Positions 23,410 to 38,540 of a DNA stretch of 64,000 nt are shown piece by piece. A program made the translations under genes and the position numbers. Each line of letters starts with the position of its first letter. Position 1 is the first letter of the stretch. Below the pieces are notes generated by a model. That model had not been told where the DNA came from. It did not search any database and worked only from the letters and a program-made list of their open reading frames with translations. This stretch comes from Mytilus trossulus (lineage: Eukaryota), in assembly GCF_036588685.1 (NCBI RefSeq), contig NC_086385.1:2914001-2978000 (forward strand), in the 5' to 3' direction.

Positions 23410-26400
23410 TAGACTTTTCCATCTTCAGAGAATTATAGTACCCAGCACATGCATTACTTTCCTATCATGACAAACTGGATTTGTGTATAGAGGTTTTTTT
23501 TTTCATTATTTCCACCACTTTGATGACATTTACAATTTTATATATTTTTACATTCAGTATCTGACAGCTTTCTCTTTTTTAACAGGGTCCTGCTTGCTAT
23601 AAAAGGACAAAGATGTTGATCAAATTTACCTGTCAGTGCAGCATACAAGAGATATAATATCATACATGGGCTGAATGTAGGACTCTTAAGTCTTTCTGAT
23701 TGAAAATAAGACTTCCTGGCAAACAGGAACAACTAGTGATGACTTTTTCCAAAAGTGACGGCACAGTCATGTTGTGGACTGATTACTACTATCAATGTGA
23801 TACTTAAAACTAACAATGGTTATGTAAGAAAGAAAAGTACATGTGCTTATCCTGACTGTAAAATGGATAAAAAAGCAAATAAATATCTTGTGTTCAACTT
23901 CATTAGTCTTATTTATGTTAACAAAATTTACATAGTTTTTACAAACATGTAGATGTAGATGTATAACAATATGATGTAGTATGATTGCTAATGAGACAAG
24001 GATTTACATGTATGACTATCATTAGAAGGCCACTCTATTCACAAATTCCTTCCTCTTCATGGAAAGTAACATATGTAATTGTTAACATAAAATGACAAAA
24101 TGTGTAGGAAAAGAAGCAAGAAATGTTCACTCTACTTCTGTACACTAGTCGCTTACATTGGTCACCATCTATGTTTGTTTCAGTCCTTTAAAAAATGTCA
24201 ATGGTGCTTATTTATATTTATCTGTTGTGCTGTGTTGTTTCAGTTTTACATGTCCTCATTCTGTGATCACTATTTCACCTCTCCTGTTTTGAAAAAATGT
24301 TTATGCTAATATTTTCTGCAATAAGTTGAAAAGGCACAGATGCTATGACTAAACAGAAATGTGAGGTATATGTGTCAATGAGACAACAACCCAACGACAA
24401 CAATATTCTTTGCACATTTATGAATTTTTAAAAATTCTTGTGAAGGTCAAAAGCACATAAGGTGTACTTTTATTATATCCATGACCTGGAACATGTATGT
24501 ACCTATTGATGCATTCCGTCCTAACTGACACAAGTTGTGGGAAGAGACCAAGCAGTTGATATGCTTATAAAAATCTGATATTAAAATGAATTCCTGTATA
24601 ACAAATTCCGGAAATGAGACTTTTATTTAAAACAGATGAGATATTTGTGGTTAAGATTTAAACAGAAGCAGCAGATGTCAAGGGGCAAATCAAAAAGTAC
24701 AAGGTCGTGTAACACAGAGGAAAAATGAAATGAAAATAACTGCACAGAAAATTACCTTGAACAACATAAACCCACAAAAGATCAGATAAAACTTGTGCAC
24801 AATTTTAAATCTTTCTAATTTCAAACTCAAGATTCACTGTGTATATATGTCTCTGGAAAGAGTAAAGATAAGAATGGTGAAATACTCCAGTGGTTTATGA
24901 AACAAAACATTAAAATTCTACAGTTGAGCAGGAACATATATTAACGTAAGATATATATACTGTTCCCAGAGTTGAGCAGAGCATTTTACTGTACTTATGA
25001 AACATATTGTTTTTAATCAAAGTCTGTGATATTAAGTCTTTAAAAAAATACAAATAATGACGGATTCAAATTCAATATTTCATGGCAGCAAAAAATAGTG
25101 ATTTCGACAACACTATAATGTACGTTCATTGAGGAAATTTACGCAAATGTTCCATAAATAATTTTATTTTAGGTCAATCGACAATTAAACATTATAATTA
25201 AATTAAAACAGACATAAATTCAGTTTCTCACGAGACAAAATTCGGCCACAAAATTCTACTGGCTACATATTTTTTAAATATGACCAGAGACATATAATGT
25301 CTCTGATATGACAAAGTTGCCTCATTTCTTTTTTTGACCTGTTAAAAGACACTTTTTGTTTTCCTGATTGAATATACACTATAGTATTGCCGAGTGCTTC
25401 TGTTAAAATAAAGTTCTGGTCATGGTTAAAATAGTATGTCAGAATTTGTTAATCTTTAAAAAACAATTGCCAAGTAATAATCCATTTAGAATTCACCTCC
25501 GGTAATATTCAGGTGATCGGAGGGCAATAAATTGCGTAATCGCACACCTGTGAATCAACAATCACAACTAATTACCGGAAAATCGGACACACACAATTTC
25601 ACTGTGTAATTAAACAAACTATTGCAAAGATATATGCCGTACGGAAAATTTTCTTGTAATAACAATTGAGCATTACCAGATTTGAAATTTTAATTATGAA
25701 ATGCATATCATATAACAATATTTTTCTCAATAAATGCTGAAATATAAATATAACATTCAAGTATTTTTTATTAGAAAAGAAATTATAATATGATCTGATA
25801 TAATTTTCCCATTGCTTTTCTTGATTATCTATCGAGGTTATTCATCCCCGACTTGATTGCATGTTCTAAATTTTATCGACGAGAATCTCATTCTGGGCCG
25901 CGATCTTTAACGGGATTTCACGGAGTTGCCAATCTCTGTGTATATATGTCTCTGGTTATAGTAGTCTCAGCAGGAACATATATATAAATTGCAGTCCTAT
26001 ATAACACCAGAGACATATAATACAATTGTATTATATGTCTCTGATAACACTGAAGCATTTGACTGCACTTTTAAATAGCAGTCTACCAGTCATTATAAAA
26101 ATCACCATAAAGTATATTAATGATTGTTTTTTTATTGAGAACATCTGTATAACTTGTATTTCTTTTAATATACAACCCAATTTTTCACGGTTTGTGTTCT
26201 TTATTTAATTGTTCATGAACATTAATAATGTGCTAATTGTTGATATTTCATGATAGTCTTTTTCTTCTTCGCTGTGAATACCACTGTCACTCTAATATAA
26301 TTATAATCAATTTAACTATTGTCAGTTTATTGTCTTAATTTTTTATGCCATAACCATTTAATGTAAATGTGTATGTGCTAATAAAATATTGTCTATTGTC

Positions 26401-28204
26401 TATTGTCTATATATTCTGTACAGTGGCGATCAGTGGCGAATCCAGAAATTTTCATTAAGACTTAGAGGGGGTCCACTGACTTCCTAAGAGGGAGCCCGAT
26501 CTAGTCATACTTTAGTGAGTCCCTAAATAATCAAACTATCAAACTATTTTTTCTCACAAAAGGGGGGGTGTTCTCCCCCTCCCCCCAAATCCGCCTCTGC
26601 CGTAGCTAGGCAAGAAATGTGATCGCACACAAGCTGTTAACTACAGGCCCGTCTCTCTTACCTCAGTATGCTGTAAAATGATGGAACATCAACCGTCATG
26701 TAATGTACCACTTGGAAAAACACTAATGGGTTGTCGGACCAATGGGCTGTCGGAATAATGGCGTGTAACCTACTCTAAACTGAAGCAACAATAAATTTAA
26801 ATGATAATTAAAAACAGAAATTTAAGGATTACTATCAATAAAGAAATTAAACGGAAGAGATGAAATATGCTTAATTATGAATCTTGAAAACAGGACAGTC
26901 CACCGGACAAATTCGATAGAAAAGTTTTTATAAAAATTTCGGACTTCTCGAAGTATTCAAATATTAACAATTATACATTACACGTAAACTGAAATAAATA
27001 AAAAGGAATTAATTGCCATATGGGTATTCCATAATCTGTTCATTGTCTACAAATATAGTCCCATCTCAAAAGTACTACATACTGTAAATGTGATCGTATC
27101 TTCCATTTTAAACAGACCAGACACAAATAAATTATTACTTTACAAATAGAAAAAAAAGTAGTAGAAATAAAACCTGGCAGTTACCTTATCAATGACCTCT
27201 CATTATTCAAAACTACGGAGACCAATCATAGTCTTAACGTTATCAGGTTATTGCCATTCAAAGGTAGGCATTGTGTTTGAAATGGCCCGTAGCACTTATG
27301 CCATAGCACTTATGTCCTAGACCCGTACGAGTTTGTCAGCAAAGGGTAAGGGCAGTACCCTGGCATATACCAAAGTCAAAATTAACTATTGCCGGCTGGC
27401 TAAACTAAGAGATTCTCCACGTGTGCCATGATGCCAGAGGTAGAGGTGGGCATTGTCAATTTGACTTTAACATGGCCCATAGAACTTAAGTCCTAGACCC
27501 GTACGTGTTAGTCAGCAAAGAGTTAAAATGGGGAGGGTGTACCCCGGTATATCACGAAGTCGAAATGAACAATTGTCGGCTGGCCAAACAAAGAGATTTT
27601 CCACGTGTGTCATTATACTTATCCGTCGTCACCTTTGAAGTAATCATTCCTTTTATAGCCAACTATACGGTTTGGGTTTTTCTCATTATTGAAGGCCGTA
27701 CGGTGGACCATGATTGATTACATCTACTTCATCTCAACTTCTGTTAATCGTTGTCTCATTGACAATCATACCTTATCTCCTTATTTCTACAAATAATAAG
27801 TAAATTTTATTTAAAGTCTGCATATATGTTAAATTAATAACTTGAGCTTAAGAAAAAAACTGTCACATGAGCACACAAATACTGATTTAAAAGAAAGCAA
27901 CGAGGTTATAGCATATATGTTTTTCTTATTAAGCAAACATTGTTAGTAAGGCCTTACTGATACATGTGATACACTTTACTGAATATAATATAGATACACG
28001 AATTATTTAATTAAGATACAAAAATATAAACTGCTCTGCTAGAATCTTAACAATCTGAGAATAATACAAAATAACCAAATCAAGCGCAATGTTAGAAAAG
28101 TACACAAGTACACAATTTATGAGCTTATAGTAATCATACATTGATGTTGTGAAATGTTAAAGTCTGGCACGTATTAGTCGCATCATTTTTGTGCTTTTTA
28201 TATT

Positions 28205-28770
28205 GAGAGTTTGAAGTTTTGGGACATATCAGTCTCATCACTAGAATTCTACGTGTAGTGAGAGTGTGAAGGTTTGGTACATATCAGTCTATCACTAGGG
28301 TTCTACGTGTAGTGAGGGTGTGAAGGTCTGGTACATATCAGTCTCATCACTAGCGTTCTACGTGTAGTGATGGTGTGAAGGATGGTACATATCAGTCTCA
28401 ATACTAGGGTTCTACGTGTAGTGAGAGTGTGAAGGTCTGGGACATATCAGTCTTATCACTAGGGTTCTACGTGTAGTGATGGCGTGAAGGTTTGGGACAT
28501 ATCAGTCTTATATCACTAGGGTTCTACGTGTAGTGAGGGTGTGAAGGTCTTGTACATATCAGTCTTTCACTAGGGTTCTACGTGTAGTGAGGGTGTGAAG
28601 GTCTGGGACATATCAGTCTTATCATTCGGATGCTTCATATAGTGAGAGTGTGAAGGACTGGGACAAATCAGTCTCACTATTTGGGCTTTTCGTGTAGCTA
28701 GAGTATGAAGGTCTGGAACATATTAGTCTAATTAGTTGGGCGCTTCGTGTAGTGACAGTGTGAAGGTCCA
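28205..28770. repeat. ~55-bp tandem repeat, about 10 units
   Basis: GTGTGAAGGTCTGGTACATATCAGTCTCATCACTAGGGTTCTACGTGTAGTGA unit. Confidence 0.92.
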
Positions 28771-31700
28771 CAGAATAGTGGATATATAGACTGGTGGATA
28801 TGTAGACGGACTAGTGGACTCGTACACATACTGGTGGATACATAGACTGGTTGACATGTAGACAGACTGGTGCGCATGTACACAGAATAGTGGATACATA
28901 GACTTGTTGACATGTAGACGGACTGGTGGACACGCAAACAGACTAGTGGATATATAGACTGGTGGACATGTAGACGGACTAGTGGACTCGTACACATTCT
29001 GGTGGATACATAGACTGATTGACATGTAGACATACTGGTGATCTCGTACACAGACTGGTGGATACATATAGACTGGTAGACATGTAGACATACTTGTGGA
29101 CTCGTACACAGACAGGTGGATATATAGACTGGTGGACATGTAGACAGACTGGTGGACTCGTACACATACTGGTGGATACATAGACTTGTTGACATGTAGA
29201 CTGACTGTTGGATACATAGTCGTCTGGTAGACATGTAGACATACTGGTGATCTCGTACACAGACTGGTGGATACATAGACTGGTAGACATGTAGACATAC
29301 TGGTGGACTCGTACACAGACAGGTGGATATATAGACTGGTGGACATGTAGACAGATTGGTGGACTCGTACACATACTATTGGATATATAGACTGGTGGAC
29401 ATGTAGACGGACTAGTGGACTCGTACACATACTATTGGATATATAGACTGGTGGACATGTAGACGGACTAGTGGACTCGTACACATACTATTGGATATAT
29501 AGACTGGTGGACATGTAGACGGACTAGTGGACTCGTACACATACTGGTGGATACATAGACTTGTTGACATGTAGACTCACTGTTGGATACATAGTCGTCT
29601 GGTAGACATGTAGACATACTGGTGATCTCGTACACAGACTGGTGGATACATAGACTGGTAGACATGTAGACATACTGGTGGACTCGTACACATACTATTT
29701 GATATATAGACTGGTGGAAATGTAGACATACTGGTGATCTCGTACACAGACTGGTGGATACATAGACTGGTAGACATGTAGACATACTGGTGGACTCGTA
29801 CACATACTATTTGATATATAGACTGGTGGACATGTAGACATACTGGTGATCTCGTACACAGACTGTTGGATACATAGACTGGTAGACATTTAGACATACT
29901 GGTGGACTCGTACACAGACTGTTGGATACATAGACTGGTAGACATTTAGACATACTGGTGGACTCGTACACAGACTGTTGGATACATAGACTGGTAGACA
30001 TTTAGACATACTGGTGGACTCGTACACATACTGGTGGATACATAGACTGGTAGACATTTAGACATACTGGTGGACTCGTACACATACTATTTGATATATA
30101 GACTGGTGGACATGTAGACATACTGGTGATCTCGTACACAGACTGGTGGATACATAGACTGGAAGACATGTAGACATACTGGTGATCTCGTACACAGACT
30201 GTTGGATACATAGACTGGTAGACATTTAGACATACTGGTGATCTCGTACACAGACTGTTGGATACATAGACTTGTAGACATTTAGACATACTGGTGATCT
30301 CGTACACAGACTGTTGGATACATAGACTGGTATACATTTAGACATACTGGTGATCTCGTACACAGACTGTTGGATACATAGACTTGTAGACATTTAGACA
30401 TACTGGTGATCTCGTACACAGACTGTTGGATACATAGACTGGTATACATTTAGACATACTGGTGATCTCGTACACAGACTGGTGGATACATAGACTGGTA
30501 GACATGTAGACATACTGGTGATCTCGTACACAGACTGTTGGATACATAGACTGGTAGACATTTAGACATACTGGTGATCTCGTACACAGACTGTTGGATA
30601 CATAGACTGGTAGACATGTAGACATACTGGTGATCTCGTACACAGACTGTTGGATACATAGACTGGTATACATTTAGACATACTGGTGATCTCGTACACA
30701 GACTGTTGGATACATAGACTGGTAGACATGTAGACATACTGGTGATCTCGTACACAGACTGTTGGATACATAGACTTGTAGACATTTAGACATACTGGTG
30801 ATCTCGTACACAGACTGTTGGATACATAGACTGGTAGACATTTAGACATACTGGTGATCTCGTACACAGACTGGTGGATACATAGACTGGTAGACATGTA
30901 GACATACTGGTGATCTCGTACACAGACTGTTGGATACATAGACTGGTAGACATGTAGACATACTGGTGATCTCGTACACAGACTGGTGGATACATAGACT
31001 GGTAGACATGTAGACATACTGGTGGACTCGTACACATACTATTTGATATATAGACTGGTGGACATGTAGACATACTGGTGATCTCGTACACAGACTGGTG
31101 GATACATAGACTGGAAGACATGTAGACATACTGGTGGACTCGTACACATACTATTTGATATATAGACTGGTGGACATGTAGACATACTGGTGATCTCGTA
31201 CACAGACTGTTGGATACATAGACTGGTAGACATTTAGACATACTGGTGGACTCGTACACAGACTGTTGGATACATAGACTGGTAGACATTTAGACATACT
31301 GGTGATCTCGTACACAGACTGTTGGATACATAGACTGGTAGACATTTAGACATACTGGTGATCTCGTACACAGACTGTTGGATACATAGACTGGTAGACA
31401 TTTAGACATACTGGTGATCTCGTACACAGACTGTTGGATATATAGACTGGTGGACATGTAGACATACTGGTGATCTCGTACACACACTGTTGGATACATA
31501 GACTGGTAGACATTTAGACATACTGGTGATCTCGTACACAGACTGTTGGATACATAGACTGGTAGACATTTAGACATACTGGTGATCTCGTACACAGACT
31601 GTTGGATACATAGACTGGTAGACATTTAGACATACTGGTGATCTCGTACACAGACTGTTGGATACATAGACTGGTAGACATGTAGACATACTGGTGATCT

Positions 31701-34700
31701 CGTACACAGACTGTTGGATACATAGACTTGTAGACATTTAGACATACTGGTGGACTCGTACACAGACTGTTGGATACATAGACTGGTAGACATGTAGACA
31801 TACTGGTGATCTCGTACACAGACTGTTGGATACATAGACTTGTAGACATTTAGACATACTGGTGGACTCGTACACAGACTGTTGGATACATAGACTGGTA
31901 GACATTTAGACATACTGGTGATCTCGTACACAGACTGGTGGATATATAGACTGGTGGACATGTAGACATACTGGTGATCTCGTACACAGACTGTTGGATA
32001 CATAGACTGGTATACATTTAGACATACTGGTGATCTCGTACACAGACTGGTGGATACATAGACTGGTAGACATTTAGACATACTGGTGATCTCGTACACA
32101 GACTGTTGGATACATAGACTGGTAGACATGTAGACATACTGGTGATCTCGTACACAGACTGTTGGATACATAGACTTGTAGACATTTAGACATACTGGTG
32201 GACTCGTACACAGACTGTTGGATACATAGACTGGTAGACATTTAGACATACTGGTGATCTCGTACACAGACTGTTGGATACATAGACTGGTATACATTTA
32301 GACATACTGGTGATCTCGTACACAGACTGTTGGATACATAGACTGGTATACATTTAGACATACTGGTGATCTCGTACACAGACTGTTGGATACATAGACT
32401 GGTAGACATTTAGACATACTGGTGGACTCGTACACAGACTGTTGGATACATAGACTGGTATACATTTAGACATACTGGTGATCTCGTACACAGACTGGTG
32501 GATACATAGACTGGTAGACATGTAGACATACTGGTGATCTCGTACACAGACTGGTGGATACATAGACTGGTAGACATTTAGACATACTGGTGGACTCGTA
32601 CACAGACTGTTGGATACATAGACTGGTAGACATTTAGACATACTGGTGGACTCGTACACAGACTGTTGGATACATAGACTGGTAGACATTTAGACATACT
32701 GGTGATCTCGTACACAGACTGTTGGATACATAGACTGGTAGACATTTAGACATACTGGTGGACTCGTACACAGACTGTTGGATACATAGACTGGTAGACA
32801 TTTAGACATACTGGTGATCTCGTACACAGACTGTTGGATACATAGACTGGTAGACATTTAGACATACTGGTGATCTCGTACACATACTATTTGATATATA
32901 GACTGGTGGACATGTAGACATACTGGTGGACTCGTACACAGACTGGTGGATATATAGACTGGTAGACATGTAGACATACTGGTGATCTCGTACACAGACT
33001 GTTGGATACATAGACTGGTATACATTTAGACATACTGGTGATCTCGTACACAGACTGTTGGATACATAGACTTGTAGACATTTAGACATACTGGTGATCT
33101 CGTACACAGACTGTTGGATACATAGACTGGTAGACATTTAGACATACTGGTGATCTCGTACACAGACTGTTGGATACATAGACTGGTAGACATGTAGACA
33201 TACTGGTGATCTCGTACACAGACTGTTGGATACATAGACTGGTAGACATTTAGACATACTGGTGATCTCGTACACAGACTGTTGGATACATAGACTGGTA
33301 GACATGTAGACATACTGGTGATCTCGTACACAGACTGTTGGATACATAGACTGGTAGACATTTAGACATACTGGTGATCTCGTACACAGACTGGTGGATA
33401 CATAGACTGGTAGACATGTAGACATACTGGTGATCTCGTACACAGACTGTTGGATACATAGACTGGTAGACATGTAGACATACTGGTGGACTCGTACACA
33501 TACTATTTGATATATAGACTGGTGGACATGTAGACATACTGGTGATCTCGTACACAGACTGGTGGATACATAGACTGGAAGACATGTAGACATACTGGTG
33601 GACTCGTACACATACTATTTGATATATAGACTGGTGGACATGTAGACATACTGGTGATCTCGTACACAGACTGGTGGATACATAGACTGGAAGACATGTA
33701 GACATACTGGTGGACTCGTACACATACTGGTGGATACATAGACTGGTAGACATGTAGACATACTGGTGGACTCGTACACATACTGGTGGATACATAGACT
33801 GGTAGACATTTAGACATACTGGTGATCTCGTACACAGACTGTTGGATACATAGACTGGTAGACATTTAGACATACTGGTGATCTCGTACACAGACTGTTG
33901 GATACATAGACTGGTAGACATTTAGACATACTGGTGATCTCGTACACAGACTGTTGGATACATAGACTGGTAGACATTTAGACATACTGGTGGACTCGTA
34001 CACAGACTGTTGGATACATAGACTGGTAGACATTTAGACATACTGGTGGACTCGTACACAGACTGTTGGATACATAGACTGGTAGACATGTAGACATACT
34101 GGTGATCTCGTACACAGACTGGTGGATACATAGACTGGTAGACATTTAGACATACTGGTGGACTCGTACACAGACTGTTGGATACATAGACTGGTAGACA
34201 TGTAGACATACTGGTGGACTCGTACACATACTGGTGGATACATAGACTGGTAGACATTTAGACATACTGGTGGACTCGTACACAGACTGTTGGATACATA
34301 GACTGGTAGACATTTAGACATACTGGTGATCTCGTACACAGACTGTTGGATATATAGACTGGTGGACATGTAGACATACTGGTGATCTCGTACACATACT
34401 GTTGGATACATAGACTGGTAGACATTTAGACATACTGGTGGACTCGTACACAGACTGTTGGATACATAGACTGGTAGACATTTAGACATACTGGTGATCT
34501 CGTACACAGACTGTTGGATACATAGACTGGTAGACATTTAGACATACTGGTGATCTCGTACACAGACTGGTGGATACATAGACTGGTAGACATTTAGACA
34601 TACTGGTGATCTCGTACACAGACTGTTGGATACATAGACTGGTAGACATTTAGACATACTGGTGATCTCGTACACAGACTGTTGGATACATAGACTGGTA

Positions 34701-37700
34701 GACATTTAGACATACTGGTGATCTCGTACACAGACTGTTGGATACATAGACTGGTAGACATTTAGACATACTGGTGATCTCGTACACAGACTGTTGGATA
34801 CATAGACTGGTAGACATTTAGACATACTGGTGATCTCGTACACAGACTGTTGGATACATAGACTGGTAGACATTTAGACATACTGGTGGACTCGTACACA
34901 GACTGTTGGATACATAGACTGGTAGACATTTAGACATACTGGTGATCTCGTACACAGACTGTTGGATACATAGACTGGTATACATTTAGACATACTGGTG
35001 ATCTCGTACACAGACTGTTGGATATATAGACTGGTGGACATGTAGACATACTGGTGATCTCGTACACAGACTGTTGGATATATAGACTGGTGGACATGTA
35101 GACATACTGGTGATCTCGTACACAGACTGGTGGATACATAGACTGGTAGACATGTAGACATACTGGTGGACTCGTACACAGACTGTTGGATACATAGACT
35201 GGTAGACATGTAGACAGACTGGTGGACTCGTACACAGACTGTTGGATACATAGACTGGTAGACATTTAGACATACTGGTGATCTCGTACACAGACTGTTG
35301 GATACATAGACTGGTAGACATTTAGACATACTGGTGATCTCGTACACAGACTGTTGGATACATAGACTGGTAGACATTTAGACATACTGGTGGACTCGTA
35401 CACAGACTGTTGGATACATAGACTGGTAGACATTTAGACATACTGGTGGACTCGTACACAGACTGTTGGATACATAGACTGGTAGACATTTAGACATACT
35501 GGTGATCTCGTACACAGACTGTTGGATACATAGACTGGTAGACATTTAGACATACTGGTGATCTCGTACACAGACTGTTGGATACATAGACTGGTAGACA
35601 TTTAGACATACTGGTGATCTCGTACACATACTATTTGATATATAGACTGGTGGACATGTAGACATACTGGTGGACTCGTACACAGACTGTTGGATACATA
35701 GACTGGTAGACATTTAGACATACTGGTGATCTCGTACACAGACTGTTGGATACATAGACTGGTAGACATTTAGACATACTGGTGGACTCGTACACAGACT
35801 GGTGGATATATAGACTGGTAGACATGTAGACATACTGGTGATCTCGTACACAGACTGTTGGATACATAGACTGGTATACATTTAGACATACTGGTGATCT
35901 CGTACACAGACTGTTGGATACATAGACTTGTAGACATTTAGACATACTGGTGATCTCGTACACAGACTGTTGGATACATAGACTGGTAGACATTTAGACA
36001 TACTGGTGATCTCGTACACAGACTGTTGGATACATAGACTGGTAGACATGTAGACATACTGGTGATCTCGTACACAGACTGTTGGATACATAGACTGGTA
36101 GACATTTAGACATACTGGTGATCTCGTACACAGACTGTTGGATACATAGACTGGTAGACATGTAGACATACTGGTGATCTCGTACACAGACTGTTGGATA
36201 CATAGACTGGTAGACATTTAGACATACTGGTGATCTCGTACACAGACTGGTGGATACATAGACTGGTAGACATGTAGACATACTGGTGATCTCGTACACA
36301 GACTGTTGGATACATAGACTGGTAGACATGTAGACATACTGGTGATCTCGTACACAGACTGGTGGATACATAGACTGGTAGACATGTAGACATACTGGTG
36401 GACTCGTACACATACTATTTGATATATAGACTGGTGGACATGTAGACATACTGGTGATCTCGTACACAGACTGGTGGATACATAGACTGGAAGACATGTA
36501 GACATACTGGTGGACTCGTACACATACTATTTGATATATAGACTGGTGGACATGTAGACATACTGGTGATCTCGTACACAGACTGGTGGATACATAGACT
36601 GGAAGACATGTAGACAGACTGGTGGACTCGTACACAGACTGTTGGATACATAGACTGGTAGACATTTAGACATACTGGTGGACTCGTACACATACTGGTG
36701 GATACATAGACTGGTAGACATGTAGACATACTGGTGGACTCGTACACATACTGGTGGATACATAGACTGGTAGACATGTAGACATACTGGTGGACTCGTA
36801 CACAGACTGTTGGATACATAGACTGGTAGACATTTAGACATACTGGTGGACTCGTACACATACTGGTGGATACATAGACTGGTAGACATGTAGACATACT
36901 GGTGGACTCGTACACATACTGGTGGATACATAGACTGGTAGACATGTAGACATACTGGTGATCTCGTACACAGACTGTTGGATACATAGACTGGTAGACA
37001 TGTAGACATACTGGTGGACTCGTACACATACTGGTGGATACATAGACTGGTAGACATGTAGACATACTGGTGGACTCGTACACATACTGGTGGATACATA
37101 GACTGGTAGACATTTAGACATACTGGTGGACTCGTACACAGACTGTTGGATACATAGACTGGTAGACATTTAGACATACTGGTGATCTCGTACACAGACT
37201 GTTGGATACATAGACTGGTAGACATTTAGACATACTGGTGGACTCGTACACAGACTGTTGGATACATAGACTGGTAGACATTTAGACATACTGGTGATCT
37301 CGTACACAGACTGTTGGATACATAGACTGGTAGACATGTAGACATACTGGTGATCTCGTACACATACTGGTGGATACATAGACTTGTAGACATTTAGACA
37401 TACTGGTGATCTCGTACACAGACTGTTGGATACATAGACTGGTAGACATTTAGACATACTGGTGATCTCGTACACAGACTGTTGGATACATAGACTGGTA
37501 GACATTTAGACATACTGGTGGACTCGTACACAGACTGGTGGATACATAGACTGGTGGACATGTAGACATACTGGTGGACTCGTACACAGACTGTTGGATA
37601 CATAGACTGGTAGACATTTAGACATACTGGTGGACTCGTACACAGACTGTTGGATACATAGACTGGTAGACATTTAGACATACTGGTGGACTCGTACACA

Positions 37701-38540
37701 GACTGTTGGATACATAGACTGGTAGACATGTAGACATACTGGTGATCTCGTACACAGACTGTTGGATACATAGACTGGTAGACATTTAGACATACTGGTG
37801 ATCTCGTACACAGACTGTTGGATACATAGACTGGTAGACATTTAGACATACTGGTGATCTCGTACACAGACTGTTGGATACATAGACTGGTAGACATTTA
37901 GACAGACTGGTGGACTCGTACACAGACTGTTGGATACATAGACTGGTATACATTTAGACAGACTGGTGGACTCGTACACAGACTGTTGGATACATAGACT
38001 GGTAGACATTTAGACAGACTGGTGGACTCGTACACAGACTGTTGGATACATAGACTGGTAGACATGTAGACATACTGGTGGACTCGTACACAGACTGTTG
38101 GATACATAGACTGGTAGACATTTAGACATACTGGTGATCTCGTACACAGACTGTTGGATACATAGACTGGTATACATTTAGACATACTGGTGGACTCGTA
38201 CACAGACTGTTGGATACATAGACTGGTGGACATGTAGACATACTGGTGGACTCGTACACATACTGGTGGATACATAGACTGGTAGACATTTAGACATACT
38301 TGTGGACTCGTACACAGACTGGTGGATATATAGACTGGTGGACATGTAGACATACTGGTGATCTCGTACACAGACTGTTTGATACATAGACTGGTAGACA
38401 TGTAGACGGACTAGTGGACTCGTACACATACTGGTGGATACACAGACTGGCGGATACGTACACAGAATAGTGGATATATAGACTGGTGGACATGTAGACA
38501 GACTGGTGGACACGTACACAGACTGGTGGACATGTAGAGA
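28770..38540. repeat. 56-bp satellite array (~9.8 kb, ~174 units)
   Basis: Unit CTGGTGATCTCGTACACAGA-CTGTTGGATACATAGA-CTGGTAGACATTTAGACATA (20+16+20). Confidence 0.98.

Larger units (their letters stand above)
22276..25954. mobile_element. Non-autonomous P-superfamily-like element, 3.7 kb
   Basis: 31-bp TIR CAGAGACATRTATACACAGAGATTGGCAACT; 7-bp TSD GTTATAG at 22269-22275 and 25955-25961; no transposase ORF. Confidence 0.8.

Noticed and set aside
28728-38519. Dozens of Cys/Ser/Tyr-rich ORFs
   Set aside because: They are translations of a 56-bp non-triplet satellite cycling through all three frames.
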